Below the pieces are notes generated by a model. That model did no database searches, had not been told where the DNA came from, and saw only the letters and a list, made by a program, of their open reading frames with translations. Position numbers and translations under genes: made by a program. DNA of 64,000 bases. Source: a virus. Its lineage: Duplodnaviria; Heunggongvirae; Uroviricota; Caudoviricetes. Position 1 is the stretch's first letter. The number at the start of each line of letters is the position of its first letter. This document shows positions 19,628-30,843 of this stretch, one piece after another. The DNA lies in the IMG/VR virus record IMGVR_UViG_3300021254_000001; one strand, written 5' to 3'.

Positions 19628-20932
19628 ATGAAGTTACCAAAAGATATGAAGTTGTCGCCCCACGCACGACAAAGATTATTAGAAAGAAAAGACGTGGATA
19701 TAAAATATAATACGAGTAATATTATGAGGAGTAGTGTCAAATGGTATGGAAAAGATGATTTAATTCACGATTGTGCACTGTATAGACATTGCTGTTATAC
19801 GACTAGAAAATCAAACCAGATAGGGTATATTACTGACGGGGACATTGAAGTTATATATAATAAAGGTACACACGTAGCAATTACGGTATTAGAAGTAAAA
19901 GATAAATTTAAGCCTATAACTCAATTTATTAAACCCGAAATATTAAGATATAGGGAGAAGAAAAAGGAGAGAAGAAAAATGGAGACCGAAACAAACCAAA
20001 AAATATGTGTAGACTGTGGAAAAGAGGTAGAAGAATTAAACTCACACGGAGTATGTGTAAGGTGTGCGAGAAGAAAAGCTAATATGAAAGCTAGAGGAAA
20101 AGTATATATTCGTTATTTAGATTTATCCGATGAAGAAAAATGGAGAGTAGATAGAGCGATAGAAGGGCAAAATAAGAGACACGAGAAATCAGTGGAGCCA
20201 GAACCAGAATTAACTGTGCCGGACAATAATACTTATTATTCTTCAAAAGCTAATGGGGGCGAGGTGGAGCAACACCCTATGATGAAACCTATAAAGAAAG
20301 CGTTAGACCCATTATCTGACCAAGACAGTTTTATTAGAATATTGAGAGAATGTGGTTGTGAAATACCAGACGAGAGTTTAGAGGACGTATTAGACGTACT
20401 TGTAAATACTGATAAATTAAAAGATATATTTATGACTATTGCAAAATCTAATAGTCAACAAGCAATGCTTGATTTAGAGCAAGCCTTGAATGTAGTAGAA
20501 AGAAAATTACAACACGACTGGGAATATAATGGTTTTCAAGAGGCAGATGATATAAAGTTCAAAGGCTTTTTGACTTGGAGACGTGTATTAAAAGGAGCTA
20601 TATTCTTTTGGAAAAAACTATATCAAACAAACACAATTATAGAAATGCAAAGGGCTTGGAATGCTTATACACAAGACCCTAATGATAAGATACTACTTGC
20701 GGGGGATAGAATAGATAGTACAATGAAACGTTATCAAATTACTACTGATAGTATATCTACTATATTCAATACTAGACGTCCATTCACAAGAGTATTTTAT
20801 GCAACAGACAAAGACGTAGCTTATAATATGTTCAAACAATGGATGGCTGATAGAAATTTACACGAAGACCCTAAGAAAACTACTATTGTTGAATTAAAAA
20901 ATGACGGTAGTGAAGACGGAAGGGAGAAATAA
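19628..20932 (+). CDS. hypothetical protein with an internal zinc ribbon
   Basis: CVDCGKEV...GVCVRCARR. RBS AAGAAAGGAG. Confidence 0.4.
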   Translation: MKLPKDMKLSPHARQRLLERKDVDIKYNTSNIMRSSVKWYGKDDLIHDCALYRHCCYTTRKSNQIGYITDGDIEVIYNKGTHVAITVLEVKDKFKPITQFIKPEILRYREKKKERRKMETETNQKICVDCGKEVEELNSHGVCVRCARRKANMKARGKVYIRYLDLSDEEKWRVDRAIEGQNKRHEKSVEPEPELTVPDNNTYYSSKANGGEVEQHPMMKPIKKALDPLSDQDSFIRILRECGCEIPDESLEDVLDVLVNTDKLKDIFMTIAKSNSQQAMLDLEQALNVVERKLQHDWEYNGFQEADDIKFKGFLTWRRVLKGAIFFWKKLYQTNTIIEMQRAWNAYTQDPNDKILLAGDRIDSTMKRYQITTDSISTIFNTRRPFTRVFYATDKDVAYNMFKQWMADRNLHEDPKKTTIVELKNDGSEDGREK

Positions 20933-20934
20933 AA

Positions 20935-21207
20935 TTGCAAAAGTTGATTGATATAACTGGGAACAGATATGGATATTTAACTGTTTTAGGATTTAGTCAT
21001 ATGGAATATAGAAAAAACGGTAAAAGTCGTAGTGTATGGAAATGTGAATGTGATTGTGGTAATATAATATTGTTACGAAAAGACCAGTTTATATATCCAT
21101 ATAGTAATTATAGGTCTTGTGGTTGTTGGCACAGAATAGAAAGTAGTCGACGACCTAAAGATAAATTAGGTAGATTTAAAAAACTAGAAAGGGGTGAAAA
21201 GAAATGA
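20935..21207 (+). CDS. hypothetical Cys-rich protein
   Basis: CECDCGN...CGCWH. Confidence 0.3.
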   Translation: MQKLIDITGNRYGYLTVLGFSHMEYRKNGKSRSVWKCECDCGNIILLRKDQFIYPYSNYRSCGCWHRIESSRRPKDKLGRFKKLERGEKK

Positions 21208-21437
21208 CAGAAAGAGAAGAACAAGCTAATGCTGTGCTACAAGAAATAGCAAAAGACATAAAAGCTAAACTTCCAGAGAATTTTGGGTTTGCATTACTTG
21301 CTTATGAATTTGGAGAAGGTGACGATAAAAAAATGTTATATATCTCAAATTCACAAAGACAAGATGTTATGAATGCAATGGTTGAATTCTTGCAAAAGAA
21401 TTTAGACGACCCTAAAATGTTTGGAAAGGATGTATAG
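21204..21437 (+). CDS. hypothetical protein
   Basis: ORF only. Confidence 0.3.
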   Translation: MTEREEQANAVLQEIAKDIKAKLPENFGFALLAYEFGEGDDKKMLYISNSQRQDVMNAMVEFLQKNLDDPKMFGKDV

Positions 21438-21439
21438 TT

Positions 21440-21907
21440 ATGAGTAGTACCTGGAAAAAGTTACAAAAAGCGAGCGAAGATTTTGCTATTAAAAAGTATT
21501 ATGAGAGTATGACCCCTAAGATGTATCAAGAGGGTATACAAAATGCTATCAAAATGACAGAAGAAAGATTAACTAAAGAATATAACGCAGAGCTAATGCG
21601 TATGGGGAAAGAATTTAATCGTAAACTTCAAGAGGGTACACTAATCGCAATGGACACCCTCGCTACAGAAATGGTTTACGAGTTGGGGAATATATTAGAA
21701 TGTTATAAGGACGAGCCTGAATATTTAGACCAAAAGATAGATATTGTTCAAGGTATATATGAAACTGCTATGAAATCAATCGAGGATTATGCAAGTGATA
21801 AATATAAAAGTGATGCACAGGCTCAAAAAGCATTTGAAAAGAAAAAGAAAACTATTCAAAAAGTTTTTGGAATGGAGCCAGACGATGGGAAGAAAAAAAG
21901 TAAATAG
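21440..21907 (+). CDS. hypothetical protein
   Basis: ORF only. Confidence 0.3.
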   Translation: MSSTWKKLQKASEDFAIKKYYESMTPKMYQEGIQNAIKMTEERLTKEYNAELMRMGKEFNRKLQEGTLIAMDTLATEMVYELGNILECYKDEPEYLDQKIDIVQGIYETAMKSIEDYASDKYKSDAQAQKAFEKKKKTIQKVFGMEPDDGKKKSK

Positions 21908-22148
21908 TGATAAGAAAAACGCTAGTGTAGACGATTTATGCGATTTAATAAATGAAAAGTATAATCTGCTACCTAGTAGTATTGGTAGTATTGAGTATCA
22001 TAGTGATATGTGCGAAAGCTCAATAGTACAAATATGTAATAAAGCTCGAGGACATAGACAGCTCATAAGTGGACCCGAGCCAGTATTAAAAACATATTTA
22101 AGAAATATATTAGAAGATAAAACTATATTGAATTTTTGGGCTATCTAG
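21885..22148 (+). CDS. hypothetical protein (start taken at MGRKKVN)
   Basis: ORF only. Confidence 0.25.
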   Translation: MGRKKVNSDKKNASVDDLCDLINEKYNLLPSSIGSIEYHSDMCESSIVQICNKARGHRQLISGPEPVLKTYLRNILEDKTILNFWAI

Positions 22149-22158
22149 GAGGTAATTT

Positions 22159-22712
22159 ATGACCGAAATATGGAAAGACGTTAAAGATTATAAGGGCTTA
22201 TATCAAGTGAGTAATTTAGGTAGGGTTAGAAGTCTACGTTACAAACGGAAAAAATGAAGTACGAATCATGAAAGCTAGTTTTATTAAGCGGTTATCCTAT
22301 AATTAGTCTTTCTAAAAATAAAAACAAAGTTATAAAATATATCCATAGACTTGTAGCAGAAACATTTATACCTAATCCAGATAATCTACCAATAATCAAT
22401 CACAAAGATGAGAATCCGATGAATAATGTTGTGACTAATTTAGAGTGGTGTACTATGAAATATAATAGCAATTATGGCACAAGAAATCAAAGATTAAGCG
22501 AAACATTACGAAAAGTAAAAAAGAATGAAGGAATAAAAATTTTATGTATTGAAACTGGGATTATATATTCTAGTATTAAAGAAGCCGAAAGGCAAACGGG
22601 GATAGACCATTCCAGTATCAATCGTGCTATTCATAATAAAGTGTGCCATGATAGAAAAGGGCGTATTTATAAAATACATACAGCAGGTGGTTATCATTGG
22701 AAACATATTTGA
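22159..22712 (+). CDS. HNH homing endonuclease with two +1 frame changes at CGG codons (22246-22248 and 22289-22291)
   Basis: MTEIWKDVKDYKGLYQVSNLGRVRSLRYK-CGG, +1 frame GKNEVRIMKASFIK-CGG, +1 frame GYPIISLSKN...HRLVAETFIPNPDNLPIINHKDENPMNNVVTNLEW...GGYHWKHI. Confidence 0.6.
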
Positions 22713-22721
22713 AAGGAGTTA

Positions 22722-24720
22722 ATGATGTTAGTAGCAGATTTTGAAGTATTTAAACACAACACGCTTTTAGGTGTTTTAAATATAGAAACAAATGAAGTAA
22801 TACAATTGTGGGACATAAATGATATACGAGAGTTCGCTAAAAAAAACTTAGATGAAGTTTGGATACGGTTACAACAGTGACCATTATGACAAAATTTTAT
22901 TACACGGTATTTTAACCGGTAAATTAATGACAGAAAATAAAGTATTTGAATGCAGTAATACCATAATTAAAGCACAAGATAGTGATACACCTATATTTAA
23001 TATATTAGGAAAATATGATATAAATGACTATTACCAAAGTAATATTATTATGTACGACCTGCTGGGTGACGGTTCGTTCTTCTCATTAAAACAACTAGAA
23101 GGTTTTATTGGAATGAGTATAGTTGAAAGTGTTGTGCCATTTGATATAGATAGAAAATTAACACAAGAAGAAAAAGACGACGTTGCAAAATATAATAGAG
23201 CAGATTTATTTGGTACACTAGAAAGATTTAAGCAAAGAAAAAATACATTCAAAACTAAAATGTTACTTGTAAAAGAATTTGGATTACCTATAAATTATGT
23301 ATGTAAAACAAACGCAAAACTAACAGAGACTATATTATTATCACAGAATAGAGGAGTAAATACAAGAGCTAGAAAGAATTTTCAATTATCAACATTACCT
23401 TGTAATTGGGACGTACCAGAAATAAAAATGGTATTTGAATTTTTCTTAGGAGCGTTACACGAATTAGAAAAGCATAACTGGGATACGAAAAAATGTGATA
23501 AAACAAAATTAAGTTTAGTGATAGATATATTAGGGGTAGAGCATACATTTGCACTTGGAGGAGTACACGGAGGAATTAAAAATTATATATGTAGACCAGA
23601 GGACGGAAAGAAGATTATATGGGTTGACGTATCTTCACTATATCCTAACATATTAGTACAGTGGGATTTATTATCAAGACAAATTGATAAACGTGGCGTT
23701 GAAGCATTTAGAGATATGGTTCAAGTTCGTATGGATATTAAAAAGAAAATGCACGACGATAGTTTGAGTAAAGACGAAAAGAAAACACTAAAAGACCAAG
23801 CAGCAAGATATAAACTTATACTTAATACTACAAGTGGTTGTATGAAAGATAAATTCAAGAAGATTTATGACCCCGAATATAATACTAAAATGTGTATGTT
23901 AGGACAATTATCATTATTAGATTTAATATATAGACTTCACAATGCAAAAAGAAAAGAGAGAAAGAAACCTGCGTGGGCAGTAGATAGTAGTACAATTCAC
24001 GGAATAAAATCACCATATCCAACGGAATATTTCAAACTTATTCAATCTAATACTGACGGTATTGCATTAGAATTATTAACTGATGACGCAGAAGAAATCA
24101 TAGACAGAATATGTAAAGGTTGGGAAAAAGATTGGAGATTTAGTTTAGAGAAAACTGTTGCTGACAACTTATACGAAAAAGACGTTAACAATTACGTATT
24201 CAAAGATAGTAGTGGAAAGGTAAAAGTTAAAGGAGCGTATGTAACGAAGTATGATGACGGTAATGAACAGGATACGCTATCAATCCTTGCCAAAGCCGTA
24301 GTTGAATATTTCTTAAATGGAGTAGATATTAGGACTACTATTTGTAATCCAGAAAATCCAGCAACTGATTATCAAATGATTAAAAAGCTAGGGAATATGT
24401 ACGACACCCCAACTTGGAAAAAAGATTCAGGAGACGAAATAGTACAGAAAGTGAACAGGATATTCCCGAGTGTAGATAAAACTCTTGGTGGTTTATTCAA
24501 ACATAAAAGAGATAAAGAAATAGGCTCACTTGATAAAGTTGAAGGTACACCAGAACACGTACTAATAATCAATACTGATATACGTGGTAAGAAAATAGGA
24601 GAGTTAGATAATATAGATTATGAGTGGTATATATTAGAAGCTCAAAAACGTATTAACGATTTCTTAGGAATTAAACCAGAAAGAAAAACAAGAAAAAAGA
24701 AAGGTGGAAAGCTAAAATGA
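22722..24720 (+). CDS. family B DNA polymerase; frame changes +1 at the CGG codon at 22866-22868
   Basis: Exo I LVADFEVF in the first frame. After WI-CGG the +1 frame reads GYNSDHYD (Exo II), then motif A VDVSSLYPNIL, motif B KLILNTTSGCM, motif C NTDGIAL. Confidence 0.8.
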
Positions 24721-24895
24721 TGTGTTTAAAAATTTATATAATTACATTGATAAGTGCGACACTATTATTAAAATTGATTAGTATTATAAAGAAAAAATAC
24801 GCTTATGGAATAAAATATGCGGTTTTATGCTTCCTATTATTTTATTTACCAATATTAGCGTATACAATATTTTCGTAAAAATTTAAGATAAAGTA

Positions 24896-24924
24896 TTGAC
24901 AAACTACTAAAAGTTGTGTATAAT
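24896..24924 (+). promoter_or_regulatory. sigma-A type promoter TTGACA-17-TATAAT
   Basis: TTGACA at 24896-24901, 17-nt spacer, TATAAT at 24919-24924. Confidence 0.6.
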
Positions 24925-24949
24925 GTTTATAAAAGAAGGAGGTTATAAT

Positions 24950-25207
24950 ATGGACTTAGAAGAATTCAAAAAAGATAGAGACGAAGCACTTGCGAGTGGA
25001 GACCCAGATAAAATGAAAGCATATTGTAAAAAGTATGACATAGATATACCAGAAGACGAGAATGTATTTCTAGCAGGTATGCACAAAGCTATTTGTAATA
25101 TGTTTTTAATGCCAGGCACTAAGATTAGTTTAGACCAATATGAAAAAAGTTATAGTTGGCTTACAGCAAACGGTTATACACCGTCTGTCACAGGAGGTGA
25201 AGAATAA
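24950..25207 (+). CDS. hypothetical protein
   Basis: RBS AAGGAGG before the ATG at 24950. Confidence 0.35.
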   Translation: MDLEEFKKDRDEALASGDPDKMKAYCKKYDIDIPEDENVFLAGMHKAICNMFLMPGTKISLDQYEKSYSWLTANGYTPSVTGGEE

Positions 25208-25312
25208 TGGACCCATTTTCAGACTTAATATTGTATGATATTGACCCAGATAGTATGACAGAAGTTGAAAAGGAAATCTTGCTAGACGAGATGTACGAGG
25301 GAGGTGGGATAG

Positions 25313-25543
25313 ATGTTTAGAAAACTTGCCGACGTACCAGAATGTTTAGGAAATATCAACGGAGTAGACTATGACGCAGACATATTTGTTAGAGCGATTG
25401 AGGATTATGACACAATAACCAAAGGTAAAATATATCACGTACATAAGATAACAAGTTATGGAGACCCATTTGATGTATGGATAACAAATGATAAAGGAGA
25501 GGAAGAAGACTTCGGAGAATTTTGTTTTAAAGATATAAATTAG
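25313..25543 (+). CDS. hypothetical protein
   Basis: ORF only. Confidence 0.3.
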   Translation: MFRKLADVPECLGNINGVDYDADIFVRAIEDYDTITKGKIYHVHKITSYGDPFDVWITNDKGEEEDFGEFCFKDIN

Positions 25544-25568
25544 TAGATAGAAAGGTAGGAAAATAATT

Positions 25569-26447
25569 ATGTTTGGAAAAGAAAGAGAGGACAGTGTAGC
25601 ATATAATGTATACACTACAAGAGATTATTCGATATTCAAAAGATTAGTAGGAAATAGAGATATACCGGAGAGTAGAATTAGTAAGATAGTAGATAGTATC
25701 CAAAAAATAGGCTGGATACATAATCCTATTGTAGTGAATGAAAATATGGAAGTAATCGACGGTCAAGGTAGACTTACAGCACTTCAAAGATTAAAAATGC
25801 CAGTGGAGTATATCATAGCTCCAGGAGCAGGCACAAAAGAATGTGTTTATATGAATATGAACATGGTAAATTGGAAATTACCAGACTTTATCAAATCATA
25901 CGCAGAACAAGGAAACGAAAATTATCAAAGATTATTGAGACTTATGAGTAAATACGCAAACGGAAACTTAGATATAATTTCAACAGCAGTTTATAGAGTA
26001 TCAAAATCAAAACATAGAGATATAAAAGAGGGTATTTTACAATTAACAGAAGACCAATATGAAAAAGCTATACCTAGACTAGAATTTATTAAACCATTGT
26101 TAGAAAGTATTGATGAAAAGAAAATACCAGGAAGTTTAGTAACACTTATGCAAACTGTTATTTATTACTTTGATTATCCAGAAGTTGATAAGAAAAGGCT
26201 TGCTTATAGTGTAGAGAAATATATTTATAATGCAACACCTTGGGTATTAAATACAGACTGTGAAAGAGAAGTTGAAAATGTATATAACTATAATATGAAG
26301 TTAGAAGATAAAATTTCAATAGCTCATTTAGTTAAAGAAGAAAGAATGAGAAGACAATTAGAATTAAATAAAGCAAACCAAGCAAGAGCGTTTGAAAGAA
26401 CACAAAAAGGAGTACAAGGATTTATCGACAAAAAAGAGGAGGCTTAA
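25569..26447 (+). CDS. ParB-like nuclease domain protein
   Basis: N-terminal HNPIVVNENMEVIDGQGRLTAL matches the ParB/Srx fold core (xxhhDGhxRhxA). Confidence 0.5.
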   Translation: MFGKEREDSVAYNVYTTRDYSIFKRLVGNRDIPESRISKIVDSIQKIGWIHNPIVVNENMEVIDGQGRLTALQRLKMPVEYIIAPGAGTKECVYMNMNMVNWKLPDFIKSYAEQGNENYQRLLRLMSKYANGNLDIISTAVYRVSKSKHRDIKEGILQLTEDQYEKAIPRLEFIKPLLESIDEKKIPGSLVTLMQTVIYYFDYPEVDKKRLAYSVEKYIYNATPWVLNTDCEREVENVYNYNMKLEDKISIAHLVKEERMRRQLELNKANQARAFERTQKGVQGFIDKKEEA

Positions 26448-26449
26448 TT

Positions 26450-26827
26450 GTGAGTAAAAAATATAAGGAAATATTCAAACTTAAAAAAATGCTTGAGGAA
26501 GCAGGGATTCCGTTCAGTTGGAATGAAGGTTGGGGCTACGATAAAGAAAAACTAAAAGAATTACAAAAAGTAGCTCCAGACCTTATGGAGCATTATCAAA
26601 TCTGTTATCCAGTTTTTGACCCTGAACATAGATGGACTGAACATAGATGGATAAGTGTGATCGAAGGTTTTGGTACATTTGGAGCCGAGAAAGATAGATT
26701 AGAAATAATGGGAGGTTTTACTCCTTGGGAAAGATATGAGTATGGAGATGAGCCTGTTATGGGTGGATTGACTGCTCGTAATGTATATCAAAGAATAAAA
26801 AATCATTGGGAGGAGCATAAAATATGA
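26450..26827 (+). CDS. hypothetical protein
   Basis: ORF only. Confidence 0.3.
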   Translation: MSKKYKEIFKLKKMLEEAGIPFSWNEGWGYDKEKLKELQKVAPDLMEHYQICYPVFDPEHRWTEHRWISVIEGFGTFGAEKDRLEIMGGFTPWERYEYGDEPVMGGLTARNVYQRIKNHWEEHKI

Positions 26828-27258
26828 AAAAGAAAATAATTAAAATTGACGAAGAAACATTTGAAATTACTGAAATGTACGTAGACGTAGAGGAAGAAGA
26901 AACAAAAGATGAGGCTGTTGGTGATGTAATATCTGACTTCGCAGAAGCTCTACGCAAAGCTATGGGTTGTACGTCTGATGAATTTTATGATAAATACCAA
27001 GCTATGAAAAAAGCAGAGGCAAAATTCAAAGAAGTATATGAACCATTAAAAGCAGAAGTTATTAAATTACACGAAACACAAAACTTACCAAAGAATGTAA
27101 TAGTAGGTGGAGCAAAATTAACTTATGTTTCTCCTAGTACAAGAAATACAATAGATAGTAAAAAACTAAAAGAGGAGGAACCTGAAATCGCGAAGAAGTT
27201 TACCAAAACTACACAAGTTGTTGCAACTGTAAAATTAGAAGATATAGGAGGTAAATAA
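26824..27258 (+). CDS. hypothetical protein
   Basis: ORF only. Confidence 0.3.
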   Translation: MKKKIIKIDEETFEITEMYVDVEEEETKDEAVGDVISDFAEALRKAMGCTSDEFYDKYQAMKKAEAKFKEVYEPLKAEVIKLHETQNLPKNVIVGGAKLTYVSPSTRNTIDSKKLKEEEPEIAKKFTKTTQVVATVKLEDIGGK

Positions 27259-27563
27259 TGAGTGACAGAAAAGCGTATCAACGCGAGTATTATAGAAAAA
27301 AGAAAGAAGAACGCCAAGCATATTTTAAAGAATACTATGAGAAAAATAAAGATAAAATAAAAGCCCGTAATAATAAACACTACGCGGAAAGTAAAGAATT
27401 GCAAAAAGAAAAGAAAGACAATTATGATAAATTCTATAAGGAGCATAAAGACGAAAGAAAAGAATATTATAAAGAGCATTATAAAAAGAATAAAGAAGAA
27501 AGACAAAAATATTATAAAGAATATTATGAAAAGAAAAAGGAGGCTCAGTCTAATGAAAACTGA
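27258..27563 (+). CDS. highly charged tandem-repeat protein (KEYYEKNKEER-like repeats)
   Basis: Four to five imperfect copies of an ~11-aa (K/Q)EYY(E/K)KNKEER unit. Confidence 0.35.
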   Translation: MSDRKAYQREYYRKKKEERQAYFKEYYEKNKDKIKARNNKHYAESKELQKEKKDNYDKFYKEHKDERKEYYKEHYKKNKEERQKYYKEYYEKKKEAQSNEN

Positions 27564-28917
27564 TTTATATGTGTATCAAAGAGTTACAGCAGATGATATA
27601 TATTACAGAATGAGTAATACAGACCAACGAGGAGCTTATTTGGGTTTTGATACAGGTACAGGGAAGACTGTAACCTCCCTTTCTGTTGCTGAAAAATTAT
27701 ATAAAAATCATATGATAAAAGGTGTAGTAGTAATATGCCCAGTTTCAAAAGTGGACGACTGGAAAAGAGACTTAGAATATGAAGTACCTGAAATAGAAAT
27801 GAAATTTGTATCTAGTTTTCAAAGTGCTTGGAGAGAAAAGAATAAGGCTAAGATAGAATATGTATGCAAAATGGTAGACACTTTAGTAATAGTAGACGAA
27901 GGTCATAAAATGAAGACGTATGATAGTAAGCAGAGTAAATTCATACAAGCATTAAGTGAAACGTATAAACCTTATATGTTAGTGCTTAGTGCTACACCAC
28001 AAAATAAAAAATATATAGATTTATACCCACAATACAAAGCCTTAGGACACCCATTATTTAATATTAAACCAAAAGATTTTAAGCAAAGATTTTGTATTGA
28101 AGCTCAAAACTGGAATTTAGTTAGAGCAGGAAAAGCTCGTTTTCCGTTCAATGAAATAGTAGGATATAGAGAAACTGAAAAAATGGACGAGGCCGTAAAT
28201 GATTATACTTATTATAAAAAATATGAAAGTGAATATGACCGTCCTATTGAAATACCTCAATCATTCAAAATGACTTCTGATATGAAATATTTTAAGGAGA
28301 AAAAAGTATGGCCCAGAATGGACGAGAAATCGTTTTTAAGCGCTTTAGAAAGTGGAGACGATAAATTACTCAATGAGGATATAATAATCGCTAATAGACC
28401 AACCTTGCACCATATTTATATGCGTGAAAGTTGTAGTGGATTTATATTCGATAAATACTTAAAAGATAATCCAAAATTACAATGGTTAGAAGACTTTTTA
28501 GACGGAAACGAAGGTCGTATTGTTGTATTCACTAATTTTGTAACAGAAACTTATATTATAAAAGCATTATGTAATAAACAAAAAAGACATTGTGTCATTT
28601 ACGACGGAGCGCATAAAGACTTAAAAGATTGGTATGAGCAAGACGATTGTGTTGCTATTGTAAACGTAGTAGCAGGAGGAGCAGGTCTTAACGATTTTGC
28701 TAAAACTAATATTGCTATATTTTTCTCACCACCAGAAAATCATATAGATTTTGAACAGGCAAAAGGTCGTATAGATAGAATTGGACAAACAAAACAGCCT
28801 GTATACTATTATCTTCAAATTATGAATTCTGTTGAGCCAGCCATTTATAGAAACTTAAAAGAAGGTAAAGATTTTGATGATAGAATGTTTGAAGAATGGC
28901 TAGAGAAGGGGGAATAA
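27553..28917 (+). CDS. SNF2-family (superfamily 2) helicase
   Basis: Motif I DTGTGKT, motif II VIVDEGHK, C-terminal motif VI QAKGRIDRIGQ. RBS AAAAGGAGG. Confidence 0.65.
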   Translation: MKTDLYVYQRVTADDIYYRMSNTDQRGAYLGFDTGTGKTVTSLSVAEKLYKNHMIKGVVVICPVSKVDDWKRDLEYEVPEIEMKFVSSFQSAWREKNKAKIEYVCKMVDTLVIVDEGHKMKTYDSKQSKFIQALSETYKPYMLVLSATPQNKKYIDLYPQYKALGHPLFNIKPKDFKQRFCIEAQNWNLVRAGKARFPFNEIVGYRETEKMDEAVNDYTYYKKYESEYDRPIEIPQSFKMTSDMKYFKEKKVWPRMDEKSFLSALESGDDKLLNEDIIIANRPTLHHIYMRESCSGFIFDKYLKDNPKLQWLEDFLDGNEGRIVVFTNFVTETYIIKALCNKQKRHCVIYDGAHKDLKDWYEQDDCVAIVNVVAGGAGLNDFAKTNIAIFFSPPENHIDFEQAKGRIDRIGQTKQPVYYYLQIMNSVEPAIYRNLKEGKDFDDRMFEEWLEKGE

Positions 28918-28919
28918 TT

Positions 28920-29669
28920 ATGGGAAGAGAGAAAAAGAAAGAACCAGAAATTTATCATACTCCGTTTGGTAGTACATTAGTGCCACCTGAGTATGATTTA
29001 AGTCCTTATTCAATAGAACCTAATACGATAGAAGTGACTTCATTGGGAGACCCATATAAAAGTTATATACAAAGTCCATTTACAACTGGTACTTCTTTAA
29101 CTTATACAGGTTCTACTGGTGAAACCCGACAGGTGTATTACCCATCGGAACATTGGGACCCCTATTCAACTACGCTAAGTTATGAAGATTTTATGAAAAA
29201 AATTGAGAAAGAGGAGGAGTCAAAAGTGCAGGTAAAGGTAGAAAACTTCAAAGGGAAGTATGTATGTTGTGTTAAAGATACACCTAATTTATTGCCAGAA
29301 AAGGTACTCGTTACTTTGTCTGCGGTAAAAGGTAGGTTAATGATGGAGATTGCACCCACTCGTATAAAAGAATTTCAATGTAGTATGACCCCCGCAGTAA
29401 GGAAAAATATAATTCAAGCTAGTAAACGAAATCGAATGTACGGAAAGAAAATGCCGATAATTGCTCGTTTTGACGAATACGGTAGACCACTTCCTGAACA
29501 GATAGAAATAAATGATTCACCAGGAGTTAATTTAAGAATTTTAGACCCAGCTGATTATGGAGAACTATATCTTGAATTAGTTGCTATTGAATTCCCTAAT
29601 AATGAGTATGAAACCATTAGAGACTGGACTTATACAGGAGGATTTTTTGAGGAGGGTGTTCCATTCTAA
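28920..29669 (+). CDS. hypothetical protein
   Basis: ORF only. Confidence 0.3.
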   Translation: MGREKKKEPEIYHTPFGSTLVPPEYDLSPYSIEPNTIEVTSLGDPYKSYIQSPFTTGTSLTYTGSTGETRQVYYPSEHWDPYSTTLSYEDFMKKIEKEEESKVQVKVENFKGKYVCCVKDTPNLLPEKVLVTLSAVKGRLMMEIAPTRIKEFQCSMTPAVRKNIIQASKRNRMYGKKMPIIARFDEYGRPLPEQIEINDSPGVNLRILDPADYGELYLELVAIEFPNNEYETIRDWTYTGGFFEEGVPF

Positions 29670-29699
29670 AAATAATTTATAAAACAGACAACAAACCCA

Positions 29700-29728
29700 T
29701 TGACGATTTAGGGTGATTGTGATATGAT
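29700..29728 (+). promoter_or_regulatory. sigma-A type promoter TTGACG-17-TGaTATGAT
   Basis: TTGACG at 29700-29705, 17-nt spacer, TATGAT at 29723-29728 with a TG extension. Confidence 0.5.
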
Positions 29729-29750
29729 ATGCACAAAGGAGAAATGAGAT

Positions 29751-29945
29751 ATGGAAAAAATAATTGTACTTATTTTAATCTTAATATTATTCGCTATTTT
29801 ATGGTGTTTACCATTGTGGTTAGTAGTGAATTTTGTATGTTGGGCGTTTCATTTATCCTTTCATTTGAATTTTATACAAGCATTTGCAATATGTTTATTA
29901 GCAAGTGCCATAAGAAGTTTATTATTCAAAAAGGAGGATAAATAA
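29751..29945 (+). CDS. small membrane protein
   Basis: Two hydrophobic helices (ILILILFAILWCLPLWLVV...). Confidence 0.3.
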   Translation: MEKIIVLILILILFAILWCLPLWLVVNFVCWAFHLSFHLNFIQAFAICLLASAIRSLLFKKEDK

Positions 29946-30310
29946 TGGAATTTGTATCGCCTGTTAATCCAAAAAATATTTGGAAATTATGTTTTAAAAA
30001 TAGGGACGAAATGAACAAGATATTTTATGAAAATAGACCAATCGACAAAGAAGCCAGATTACATGGAATAACAGAATATATTTCACAAACTATTTATATT
30101 GATAAAGATTTAGATGGCTTTCTTTTAGGAAAAGCATTAAGGCACGAGCTCACACACGTTTATTTATGGGAAACAGGACAACAAGATAGAGTTTTAAATG
30201 AAGAAGAAACAGCTGATTTTATGAGTGTTGCTGGACCAGTTATATGCAAATGTGCTGATAATTTAATGCTTAGATTAAGAGAGGGGCTATATAAAAATGG
30301 GGAATTATAA
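29945..30310 (+). CDS. hypothetical protein
   Basis: ORF only. Confidence 0.3.
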   Translation: MEFVSPVNPKNIWKLCFKNRDEMNKIFYENRPIDKEARLHGITEYISQTIYIDKDLDGFLLGKALRHELTHVYLWETGQQDRVLNEEETADFMSVAGPVICKCADNLMLRLREGLYKNGEL

Positions 30311-30608
30311 ACCACACAAAGAGAAAGCTATTGAAAACGAAATTAAAGAATATATAACAAGTCTGGGTGGATTATGTTATAAAATTCATGGTGGAGACTT
30401 ATATCAAGAGACGGGTATACCAGACTTATTATGTTGCTGGGGAGGATTATTCTTCGGCATAGAAGTTAAAGACCCAGGAGGAAAACCTAGCGCAATTCAA
30501 TTAGCACAAGGAGCGAGAATTAAAAAAGCCGGAGGGCATTTTATTATTGCAAAAAGTTTGCAAGACGTAAAAGACTATGTATTGAAAGAAGGGCTAATAG
30601 GACTATGA
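30297..30608 (+). CDS. VRR-NUC domain nuclease
   Basis: GIPDLLCCWGGLFFGIEVKDPGGKPSAIQL fits the VRR-NUC PD-(D/E)xK core (D..hEhK...Q). Confidence 0.55.
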   Translation: MGNYKPHKEKAIENEIKEYITSLGGLCYKIHGGDLYQETGIPDLLCCWGGLFFGIEVKDPGGKPSAIQLAQGARIKKAGGHFIIAKSLQDVKDYVLKEGLIGL

Positions 30609-30799
30609 GTATGTATGATAAAAGTTATTGTGCTACAGAGTGTGAAGATTGCAATTGCGAACGAAATATAAAATTTAATAAACCAGAAACACAATTTTAT
30701 TCTATAACCACGTTTGACGATAGTAACCCAGATAAAATACATAAACGTTGTCCTTGGAGAATAATAAAGAAAGGAAAGCTGAAGCAGGACGAGAAATAA
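30605..30799 (+). CDS. small Cys-rich protein
   Basis: ORF only. Confidence 0.25.
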   Translation: MSMYDKSYCATECEDCNCERNIKFNKPETQFYSITTFDDSNPDKIHKRCPWRIIKKGKLKQDEK

Positions 30800-30843
30800 A
30801 AACGGTGATTGAACGCCTGCTTTCAGTTAGATAAAGATATATA

